Assembly: GCA_020536535.1 (NCBI GenBank)
Contig: JAHLWZ010000370.1
Span: 1 to 38,334, forward strand
DNA from: Pelomyxa schiedti
Lineage: Eukaryota > Protista > Evosea
Reading direction: 5' to 3'
DNA length: 38,334 nucleotides
Positions within the stretch are counted from its first letter, which is position 1; each line of letters starts with the position of its first letter. The notes below the pieces were generated by a model. It was not told the origin of the DNA. It saw only the letters and a list, made by a program, of their open reading frames with translations, and ran no database searches. Shown here in pieces: positions 10,901 through 21,523 of the stretch. Position numbers and translations under genes: made by a program.

Positions 10901-11261
10901 TCTTGCTCCACTTGCTGATAACGAACTGGTGGGGCCTTACTTCAACGCAACATTTGGGGGGATCAACGACATCACGAAACGAATCCTCGTTGACTTTTTC
11001 CGACATGCTTTTGGTAACATAGTTCTTTTACCATTACTTCCCTGTAATAATTCCACACAGACGGCAGTGGTGCAGACAATTTTTACGATGCCGGGTCATG
11101 TGTGTCCCTTTTTATCCCTAACACTCCAACTCATCCACAAAAAAGGTATCGACGGCCGTCTGACTAGTGCCTGGAACTGGTGCAACACGTTGGAGAGGAA
11201 AGAATTCTTCTCAGTGTTCCTCCTTGCTGGGTTTGTTGGTTTTGACGGCGAATGGAAATAG
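7950..11261 (+). CDS. B-box zinc finger + DUF2009 (UPF0652) protein, multi-exon
   Basis: Acidic low-complexity N-terminus, then B-box CEECEDQEATVLCSQCHDKYCNLCFFAQH. DUF2009-type motifs [95 protein letters not shown]. All introns are GT-AG and keep the frame. Confidence 0.88.
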
Positions 11262-11343
11262 AACACTCCATGCCCTCAATAGGGAATACACTCCACTTTG
11301 TTTCTTTTTTTATCTTTATTTATGTTGGAAGAGGTCACCCTCT

Positions 11344-14300
11344 TCAGTTGTTAATAATGGCAATGGATTCCTCAATAGCCAGTTTTTGTTTTATTAGCGA
11401 ATTGAGCCACCTTTTTTGTGTTTAGCCCAATTTCAAGTTGGATAATGAGGAAGGAATAGATACGAGTGCATTTCTTCTACAGCTGTGCCTCTGAGTACGA
11501 TACTTTTAATCCTGCCTTCAGGTGTGCGGGATACTATCTCAAAGGCAAAATCAATTTCATCAGGTTCATACTCTATGAAAAAGAACGTTGACAAAATTTA
11601 TTTTGGGGGAAAGTGGAACCGTGAAGTTCAGAATTATACAGTGTAATCTTGCCACTGACGGGTGCACCCTTTTTGGTTGCATTTACGGGTTTTTTCAGAC
11701 ATTCAGTAATGTGCATACCGGGGCATTGAAATAGAATAGTACACCTCCTTTCATGACCACCCAGCATCTCTTCCATTGCCGGAGTTTGACAAAACCAATG
11801 TCCACATTCAAGCGGTTCAACCAGCCTTGTTTGGTCTGATTGAAAAGGGTTATGACCGGTAGACGCTATACAAGCCCACAAACCTCGTTCAGGTTGATCA
11901 ACCCAGGGGGTATTTCATGCTTCTTCTTTTCTTTCCAGGTATCTATCACCTGTTGCCGGTTCAAACAGAAGAACTATGAAGTTAAACATACAGTCTTGAT
12001 ACCCCTTATCCATGCATGGCAATCCTCATCGCATGCAGCCTCAAGAACATAACGGCGCTCAGGCGTGAAAATTTCAAATGTTTTATCTCTTCCTTTATGA
12101 ACCTCTGCAAGTATAGAATGTAAAACAAGACCGAGACGGCCAATAAAAAAAAAAAAGCCACTCACCAACTTTGGTTGCAAAGTACAAGTCAATTGTTCCC
12201 AAAGGTGGATCATATGGCCCGTGTGGCTCTCTGTAGTACACGAGCTGTCGTCCATCTTGAAGGACAAAGTATCTATAACTCCAATCAATGTGGAATGAGA
12301 AAAAAAATAAAATAAACCTTGGTTGCCACAGCCAGTCATGGAACATGCTGGTTGTGTCCTGCTTTAGTAATATTCCTTCAAGGATTCCTCTCTAAATACA
12401 TTAGCAATACATTTATACCTTACTGATACAGAACCTGTATTGCGGGAATAATAGGGGAGGAAGCTGGAGGCGTTGCAAAGGACCCAAGTGACACCTCTGG
12501 TACAGCTCTAAGAAAAGAATAAATAGGTATCAGGTAGATCACTAGCACGTACTCTTTAATTTTAAGTGCAGCAAAAGGATCAAAGTCATTTGAAGTGTCA
12601 GCTGCAGATTCAGCGGGAATTGCAAATGGATTGTCACTGTCATCATCTGGGAAGGGATTATCCCCGCCAATAGCAAATGGGTTGTCATCATCGAGAGCGG
12701 AACTGGTATCTTCGCCTCCCTAAAATGGGTGAGACGAATGTGCAGGAGGAAGAGAAACAGAATTCATACTGTTTCAAATGGATTTGCGAATGGATTATCA
12801 TCATCAAGTTCAGGCTTCGTAGTGGCTTTTGGAGTCGGCTCTTGGACTGCTGCTGCTAAATTTATCTTGGTAGCACTTACAAATTCAAATTTTGGTTCTT
12901 CAGGATCCTCACTGGCAAATGGGTCTTGGAACGGAGAATCTTTCAAGAGTTAGGTGCTTGTAGGAAGTTGTTTGGATGAATTACTTGTATCGGTAGCAAC
13001 AGGCACTTCTTCAAATGGGTTCTTTGGTACCGAGGGCATATTCGGTTCAGGTTTGTGATGAACAGTTGGCGGCTCCGGTGAAATTTCGAAGGGTGATGTA
13101 GCTGGTGGAGAAGGTTGAGATATGGGCTCTGGTTGCTTAGTAGGAGGCTGTGGAACTGTTGGTTTGCTGGGGGTATGTGGAGTTGTTTGGGTAGTTGGAG
13201 CTGGAGCTGGAGCACTAGAACCTTTGGAGGTTGTTGTGGAAACTGTACTAGGTGTTGACTTCGCTGTTGTCACTTTGGATTAATGAGTACATCGTGTTAT
13301 GAGTATAGGTTGCACACAAGTTTGTAGTCGATTCTGCTTTTCAAGGGCCATTTGTTGCCATTCCGCTGCTGGGGGTAGTTTCTTTACAGTTGATCTTCGT
13401 GACTTAGCCTAAGGTCTTTGAATCACCACTGTTTACTTTTTATTTGAAATACCTCAGCAAGTTGGCGTTCCATTGCATCAATATCCAGTAGTTTGACAAT
13501 TTGTTCTGGTTCAACCTAAACCTGTTAACAGAGGAGGAAAGAAGTGATAATACTTTGGCATTTGGAGGGGCCGATTTTTTAAGGCTGGCTTTGGCAATGG
13601 CACTTGCTAATTGCATTTGGGCATTTTTCGATTGGTTTTCTCTCAGCTGAGCAGCTGTGACGGTTTTTTTAGGTCCATCATCTATCAGTTCCTGAGAGAA
13701 ACAATTTGGGTAACCCAGAATTATCCAGTAATGCATACTTGGGACACAGCGTCCTGAGGCTGTGGAAGGGTTGAATTTGGTGATTCCGCGGCAGGAGTTG
13801 GTGGAGGAGTTGTGCCAATCGGAGCGGAGGGTGGGGCAGTAGACGGTACATCAATTAAAATTCCCGTTGGGACCATATGGGAGGGTTTTGTTGGTGGACG
13901 AGGAAGGGTTTTCGAGGCGATAGACGCAGGAGGTGTTGGAAGACTTTTCGTTGGGGCACCAGTGATATTGGTTGAGGAACTAGAGGGAGTTGGGTCGGAG
14001 AGCAGGTCAATCAAGGATCCTGTGTGTTGCACAGGTGTTTTGGGGGGAACTTTGGGGGGAATTGTCGGGAGTGCATGAGCAGGAGGATTAGAAGGAACTG
14101 AGGGCGTCGAAGTATGTGGTGGAACTGCAGGAGGGTTTTGTGCTCCAAGAAGTAGAGCAGAAGGTGATAAGTCACTTGGAGAGGGGGCTATATTAGACGG
14201 AGCCAATAGATCAATAACAGATTGAGATGATATGGAGGTTGTCAAAGCTGCAGGTTTGGAGGGAAGTGGGGGACTGGTCTCTTCAATTAAATTTGTTTGG

Positions 14301-16012
14301 CTTGTAGGAGTGGGAGGTGCAGCATTCTGGATGAGAGTTGGGTTTGCTGTAGGATTCACAGTAGGTATGGGCGGAGCTGCTGTCAAAGGTGGTGGGGGGG
14401 CTTGAGTTGTTGGAGAAGGTAGGGGTGGTGTAGTTGGGGTTGGAGGTGTTGGGGAAGCTGGAGTTGGAGTTGTAGTCTGTATAGTTGGAGCTGGAGTTGG
14501 AGTCACCGGAGTTGGAGTTGGAGTTGGAGCTGGAGTTACCGGAGTTGGAGTTGGAGCTGCTGGATTAGGAGTAGATGGAGTTTGGGAAACAGTTGGAACT
14601 GGAGGCTGAGATGAAGTTTGAGTGGGGGTGGCACTTTGTGCTGGGATCACTGCTGACTGAGAAGACCTAAGCTCTGGAGTTGGTGTTGAGGGTGATGTCG
14701 GTGCAATTGGTAAGGTATGGGGAGGGATGGGGGGAGCATGAGATGTATGTGGGGGTAATGGTGGTGCCTGTGTTTGTGGAGCGTTATGTGGCGGCAGTGG
14801 TGGTGCCTGTGTCTGCGAAGCGTTGTGGGGTGGAAGTGGTGGTGCTTGTGACGGTTGAACGTTGTGTGGTGGTAAGGGTGGTGTCTGGGGAGTACTGTGT
14901 TGGGGTACCTGAGGAACATTGTGTGGTGGTAAGGTTGGTGTCTGAGGAGCACTGTGTGGGGGAACAGATGGTACAGCCGCGGAAGGCTTCTTGGCTTCAG
15001 GAGGAAGAGCAAGAGCTGCAGTAATCATAAGACTTTTCCGTTGCAGGAAAGCCTTTCTCCCACACCTACTCAAGTTAAAGGGAACTACAGCAATAATTGA
15101 GGTACTGTTCACAGTAGGCTCCACCGGCAACACGGAGAAATTCTGATGGGAGGCGTTTGCCGCATCCAAAGCATCCAAAGCACCTTTTTTCCTCCTTGGT
15201 CATAACGAACACGTAATGGTTACCACAAACTTGGCATGAAAATGCCTATCACAAGCCTCAATAACCTCACCAGATAGTGGTTCTCCACATTTGGAACATG
15301 GCATGGCGCTGAGGGTAGCAGCAACACTTCGCCTCTTTTCCCTAAATTCCATGTAAGAGCAGAATATTAAGTGGATTCTACTGTGAACGTGGGGCAGGAG
15401 GAGGAGCAGTTTGTGCAACAGACTGCAGTCTTTGTGCCACCTCGTTTGCAACCACAGACGGGGCACAATTTTCAATCCGGCTGAAGTGGTGATAGACTTG
15501 ACTGAGGTATGTCATTATTGATAGGGGTTCTGGTTTTGAGAGCAAGTATACATCTACCAAGCTATGTCAAAAAAAAGTCATTGTGTATGTGAAGTAGTAC
15601 CTTCTGCATCGAGAAGAGAAGGAATTCCCAGTTGCTCACCTGTATTAAAAGCAAGCTCTAGGTTGTGCTACGAGAAAGTGGGAAAAAAATGGGGCAGTTT
15701 AGTATGAAGATACCTTTGGGTCCTCTTTTGTTAGTTTGCTGAAATCAATCTTGTCAGGTCTGAAGTGTGCAATAAGAGCACAAAAAGCCAGTCCTTTTCA
15801 AAAAGCAAGTAAACAATTGAGAGGGAAAAAAAAAAGTGCTATGAACAGCACCCCAAAAATTACAAAACGATGTTCCAAAAAAAAAAAAAAAGAAGTTCTA
15901 ATGGGGCACCGTCTTTCCATGACATGTGGAAATCAACCACCCTCACGTCCTTGAACCCCTGAGTGTTTTTTTGACACCATGCCAAAAGTGCCTCCTTGCC
16001 TCCCACTGGCAT
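11344..16012 (-). CDS. CH domain + LIM domain + Pro-rich region + NPF/DPF cluster + tandem PH-PH scaffold (MICAL-like/EHBP1-type N-terminus)
   Basis: CH: EALLAWCQ...[26 protein letters not shown]...SIMTYLSQVYHHF. LIM: CSKC...HAKCFGCFGC...YCEQC. Six NPF motifs. PH1: GILLKQ...RYFVL...FEIFTPERRYVLEA...AWIRGI. PH2: KQGWL...WKRCWVVM...HSWLNSL. Stop at 11344-11346. Confidence 0.88.
14745..14960 (-). repeat. Degenerate coding tandem repeat (core unit about 36 nt) encoding (Q)APPLPPHN-type motifs
   Basis: Protein reads PPLPPHNVQPSQAPPLPPHNASQTQAPPLPPHNAPQTQAPPLPPH. Confidence 0.75.
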
Positions 16013-16338
16013 TTATGTGGTCCTTTTTTTTTCTGTTTGTTTCGGCTTTGGCGATCAAATCCAATAATCACTCAACGAGGTAGAAAAAATCAAAGGAACA
16101 ACACTGAGGGACGTATGGTTGTATGGTTGTATTATTGTTGTTGGTTTATTGCGATCAACAGCATTGGCAGTGTTGGTGGTGTTATGATTCGTGTGTGAGG
16201 TGTTGTTGTAATAGTACATTGGAAGTTTGTGGTGAAGCCTCCTGCTTTATGAGGGTAAGTCACGCCATGTCTCTAGCATGTACATGTGAATGGCCCGCCG
16301 AAAAAACCCCCCCAAAGCCGGGCTCATTGCGGTTGTTG

Positions 16339-17082
16339 TCACTGCTTGCTGAATACTATCTTGACTTTCTTTGGGGAGCCAACTTGTTCACACTCATCTT
16401 GGCTCTCGGAAGGAACGGCGGGGCTTATGGAGAGTGTAGCCGAGGGCGACACTGCATCAGGTTGCACTGTAAAAAAAGGGGGTGTCAGGCGAACGAGACC
16501 GAAAGCGAGGAAGAAACGAAACCTGGGTGGTCACTCAAATCGACACCGGCAGCCTCCATTTCAGCAGCAAGCTGCTTACTAGGTTTCCAGTAGTCATCCT
16601 GAGGGAACCTATCAGGCACAATGGGGATCTAAAAGTATGCGTATACTTGTTCATTCAGAGCAACGGGGCGCCTCATGCACATTCCACAGGTTTGCACGCA
16701 CTTAAAAAATGACTGTCCCATGCACGCGGTTACGTCCAGATCCGCAGCACCCGCCTTGGTTTGTTTTTTTGTTGTCGGGTAATTATTTAATTAAATAACG
16801 GTGCAACTAGTACCAATTAGCGTGATTAATTTCCCTGCGGGTAACGAAAAAAGAAAACACATGAACATTCGGAGTCACTAATGCACGGTTCTACACAGAG
16901 TTCTTCAATTTTCAAGTTGCCAAAGTGATGATTAGGCTGAGCCCCGACGGATAGAACTCTACTGGAAGCTGCAGCATACACTGCTTGTTGGTGGAACCAT
17001 TTGGGGTCCCACAAAGTACCTCCCAAGAGGACTGTCCTCCAGAGTTCGGCAGTTTTGCCTCTTTTGTGGATCGACAAAACAT
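16339..17082 (-). CDS. Small hypothetical multi-exon protein; 5' exons uncertain
   Basis: The last two exons splice cleanly to FPQDDYWKPSKQLAAEMEAAGVDLSDHPVQPDAVSP...KKVKIVFSKQ*. A consistent upstream path from ATG 17082 exists but is not unique. No family recognised. Confidence 0.35.
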
Positions 17083-17137
17083 CAGATGATTTTCCTGTAA
17101 AATCATTCACCTTAATTTCCAAACCAAACGCACTTCG

Positions 17138-18686
17138 ATGAGTTACGGTGTGCAATACCAACATTACACCTTTATTTTTTCGATAACATAAGTAATTCCC
17201 CTGCATTTCGTGGCACCATATGTTTTGTGATTTAATTTATTCATTTTTATTTATTTAACAACCACTAAAAGATGACCAAAGCCACACGAGCACAGAGACC
17301 TTTATTAGTGTGGCGACCCCTGCCGTGAAAATTGCACCACTACTTCCCCCACCCTCTCTTGGTAGCTCGGAGGACTTTTTGTCTTTCACAATACCTCCTC
17401 CGCCAGTTCAATCGAATCCGCCATCTGTTATCGCCCTGCCACCAGGCTGGGCTGAGAAAGTCGATCCAGCCACCGGTAGGAAATACTATGCCCACAAGGA
17501 CCTACGATTCACGCAGTGGATTTGGCCAAGCCCTAGTGACACGGTATGCTTTCTACGTGTAAGAGTTGTACATACCATATGTAAGTGGGTCCCGGGTGCA
17601 AGATACTAACCTAAACACTCACAGCCACCTCCACTACCCGCGGACTGGGAACAGAGATCGGATCCTCTTTCCGGAAAGTTGTATTTTGTAAACCCAAAGC
17701 TGTGTAAATCGCAATGGGGACGACCAGGCTTCACTGTAAGTTCCATTGAAGTGGTACCTCTAATAACAGAAAATTTCAAGACCAACACAACAATCGCGTC
17801 TGTGGGATCAGGGTGGAGAGAGTGCCAAGATGTGTTTGGGAAAACCTATTATCACAACCAAGTCACCAAGGAGGTACGGCGAAGAAAACCCGAGGAATCT
17901 CAATGTACACCAGAACCCACAATTACAGAATTAATGACTCCTCCACCACCTCTACCTCCACCTTTGATTGTGCCACCCCCTTTGCTTTCCACACCACCAA
18001 CCATTTTACCCCGGCATACTGTTTCTGTACACCTGTCAGCAGGCATGACCCCACTTCCCACGGGTACAAAAGGGGCAGCAATAGCTATTGATACAACACC
18101 CATATCCACACCAACACAACAACAAGAGGAATCACACCACACACCAGATTCGCCCACTTCAATACGCTCGCGGTCTTTGTCATCAGGGGCCCAGGGCAAA
18201 ACAAGCACTACCCCAAACCAGCCACCAACAGAAGCCTCATCTCCATCAAAAAAGCCACACCTCAAATTCTCCATCTTCCGGTCCAAGAAGCGCTCAAAAG
18301 AACCCCCGTCTCCCCCGAAGGAGGCCACAAACACAACCACCCACGAAGAGAACACCACCTCCCAGTCAATCCACACATCATCACACCACCCGCCCCTTGT
18401 GCGGTCCCCGCGCTTCTCCTCTCCATCGACCTTCGCACACCCCACCCCCGTCACCCCATTCACTGCCTCGCTGCCCCTGATACCCTCCACACAGCAATCA
18501 CCAACCCCGAAGCCCCCGCCATCAACCCCCGTGTCAGCACCCAGCTCACCAACCGCACTACCCACCAAGCCCCCACTACTGCCCGAAATTGAGCCCCCCT
18601 CGTACCTGCAGGGTGCCACATTGCCATCATTGTACACCCGCGGTAGCCGCATGTCTCTCCCCCCGGGGCTGTTGAGACGAGTGTAG
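17138..18686 (+). CDS. Protein with three WW domains and a Pro/Ser/Thr-rich tail
   Basis: WW motifs LPPGWAEKVDPATGRKYYAHKDLRFTQWIWP, LPADWEQRSDPLSGKLYFVNPKLCKSQWGRP and GWRECQDVFGKTYYHNQVTKEVRRRKP. Start is inferred from a 10-nt first coding exon (ATGAGTTACG) and intron 17148-17271. Confidence 0.82.
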
Positions 18687-18900
18687 AATTCTGTGTACAC
18701 ATAAGGTACATATAAATCGTGGTGTTTGAAAACAAAAAAGAGAAACACCCAAACTTTCAAGTGAAACTTTCTCTTTATTTAGTACTTTTTCTGGAAAATG
18801 GTTTTTTGGTGAGACTGAAAAGCCTTCAACAATAAGAAACACGTTTCCAGAGAAAGGAAAGCCGAATTATTCCAGTGTTTCTGCTGGTGATTTGTCAGTA

Positions 18901-20480
18901 TTAAACTCCTCCACTGGTCAGATATTTGTTGAGAGGTAAAAAGGGTTCCCCCATTGTAATGAGGGCTGATGATCGCTCTTGTGGGTAACCCAAGGGATAA
19001 TTGATGTAAGTTATTCCATCTATCTGAACTTCCAGGGGCCGGTGGCTGTGTCCTATGTAAAACAGTGGTTGAGCTTTGTTGGGAGGAAAACTGGATAGAC
19101 AAACCAAATATGTGAAGTTTAGGCCGAAGTTTTTGAATTATTGGATCCAAGAGAGTTGTACCAGCACACACAGAGAAATTAGGCCTGGCAAATGTGGATG
19201 CTGGGGGCACATAGCCTTTTCCTACCCGCCTTTTTTTAAAGAAGAATGAAAACACGGTTGAAACATAGAGATGATACGCGAGATATCTCTGCATAGTAAT
19301 TTCAGTGTGCAATCTCATCAGCTCCTTGCATGAGAAGAAGTGCGACATCGTAACAATAGGATAAGAGGTACAAAGATTATTCAAATTGGCTACAAGCAAC
19401 AGTGATTAAGTGTGATAGGACTAGTGGTTCTTACGCTGATTTTGATCAATAAAGTATTTGGAGCGACTGTGCTTTTCCATTTCACTGGGCCACTTACAAA
19501 GGTGGGTATCTGACCATACCTACCAAGTTGAAAACCAAAAAAAAAAAAAAAAAAGACATACATCTTCAGAGCTGTCAAGTGCTGGATTAGGGGCAAAAAG
19601 GGTGTGCTCACTCCCAGGAAGATCATACCAAGAAAATAGTGGGAATATATGAACTCCATTTACAATTTCTGTTCTTAGAGTTGTAAAAGCGATAGTTACA
19701 ACAAAAAAGAATGACTTAATCTTACGTGGGGATGTATGCACTCCGATTGAAGAGCACAATCTCAAAATTTCGTGGAATTTATCTATAGACGTATGTAGGC
19801 CACGTTGTGTATCCCCTTCTCTCATCCACAATTCTGTGGTTTTTTTTTAAATGGAAATTGTCAACAAAAAAATGAAGAAAGCACGGTATGCATGCCATGG
19901 TTCCCAGGAACAAAGAAAACGTGCTCGAAAATGTGAATCAAGTCTCTCATACAAGTCTCAAGTCCAACCAAGTCATGGGTCACATCACCAGCCACTAGCA
20001 ATGTCCCCCCTCTTGTAACACCATAGCCTCCACTACCTTCACTAAATAAGAATAATACAAAACAAAACAACTATGATAATGGCAGGGGGAGAAACAAACA
20101 AATAAAAACCCACTAACATTTCAGTACAAGCAGGCAACAAATTGCATTTCCTTTCAAAACTCACTTGTGGGACAAGAGTTAGCCCTCGGTGCCAATAGGT
20201 CCTCTCGATTGTAACTGGGACGACTTGAGGAAGAAGTCGAAGTAGAATTAATAGCAATTGCAGGCGTTGTTTGTGCAGCAGATGTCGCAGATGACGTGTA
20301 CGTGGACGTGGACGTGGCCGTGGACGATTCGTCGACTCGCCAGAGGTGTGGGGCCATGGACCACTCCCATAATCCCAAGCTGTCCCCGCACCACGACGCG
20401 CGTACCCTGCCGTCGAGGTGCTGGGCCAGCCACGATTTATTGGCTGGGTAGTCTACGTGGAGGTCGCTCAACGCGAACAT
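18901..20480 (-). CDS. Calcineurin-like metallophosphoesterase (resembles the PptH/carrier-protein phosphodiesterase-like subgroup), multi-exon
   Basis: Metal-binding motifs SDLHVD, VAGD, VPGNH(E), MSHF and IFGHSH, plus LFSWY and YPLGYPQER. Confidence 0.88.
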
Positions 20481-20624
20481 GTCACGAATCGATCCAAAAA
20501 AGCAAAATCAAGTCCGGGGAAACGGGAATCACCGGTTTCCAACTGTGAAAAAGACCAACTTGAAGTACGTTGACTTAAAAACAACTGGTTTTCGCTCAAA
20601 CAACACAAAGCCAAAAAAAAAAAA

Positions 20625-21165
20625 ACGGCGGCTTCGACATCGACACCAACACCAACACCAACATACAGTATGCACGTTTCCAATCACCTGTGCCGAATGC
20701 AGATCACAACGGAGGGGGTCATCAAAGCCGCTTCCAAGACTACTTACCCAGGCAGCCCCACATACGACAACTGGAGGTTCGGCCAGCCCTCTTCCTGGAT
20801 TTCGCACACAAACCCACCCGACGAGTTCCTGGAGCTCAAACTCACCTCCCCGACCTTTGTATTTGGCATAGCAATCCAGGGCAGAACGGACTCCGACCAG
20901 TGGGTGACATCGGTATGTTGGACTGCCAAACTTCATTGTCTTTGCTCATTGTCAACGCGCCCTGCAGTTGCATATCCATGTTTCGGGCAATGGACTGGAC
21001 TGGGAGGACCTGGGGGCTTTCAAGGGCTGTGAGGACCGCGATACCCCAACACTGTGTATTTTCAGGAGTCCACTTCTGGTTTCCCGGATTAAATTGATGG
21101 AATTACAACGGCACGATCACATATGTATGCGTGTTGGGTTGATTGTCCCAAGGGACCCACTGTAG
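20625..21165 (+). CDS. Discoidin / coagulation factor 5/8 C-type domain protein; start ambiguous (ACG 20625, ATG 20670 or a later ATG)
   Basis: SSWIS...EFLELKL...VFGIAIQGRTDSDQWVTS|LHIHVSGNGLDW...F.G..D......F..P....IKL...HICMRVGL, with one GT-AG intron. Confidence 0.85.
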
Positions 21166-21523
21166 GTAAAAAAAGAAGTGTGAAAGATACAACTAGACAA
21201 AGAAATTATTGTTCTCGGTAGCTAGTGAGATAGACTTTAGATCGCGGGATTAGAATGGCAAGAGATTGACCAAAGCTAAGCTTGACACCTTTGGCACTAT
21301 TCCCCTGCGTAGCATTTATAAGATCTCCGTTTCAACGAGATCACAATGGTAGTTAAATTGGTTGAGAAATTGAGTGTTGAATAAAGTATTGCTGCGTTTG
21401 AGTTATTTGGTCTTGTGAAGGAAAAGCTAAGTCGCTATTACGAGCGTATTATCCTCCATAAAAAAAAGGACTTTGGGTTTTTATTTCAAATTTTGGTGTT
21501 TTTATACAAAAGAAAGAGAGTAA

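Noticed and set aside
16250-16700. Possible RNase MRP/P RNA (CAACGGGGC)
   Set aside because: No matching GAAAGTCCCC element, and the region is better explained by minus-strand exons.
14745-18686. PPLP repeats in the CH-LIM gene as ligands for the nearby triple-WW protein
   Set aside because: PPLP is a known WW ligand class, but gene proximity in a eukaryote is no evidence of interaction.
20478-20481. CATG shared as overlapping start codons of the phosphoesterase (-) and ORF 20479-20871 (+)
   Set aside because: The + ORF runs through poly-A, promoter-like sequence (KKKK). The discoidin gene has simpler in-frame starts at 20625 and 20670, so this is probably coincidental.
21200-21460. Hairpin GATCTC...GAGATC in the convergent intergenic region
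   Set aside because: A single 6-bp stem is expected by chance, and there is no other support.
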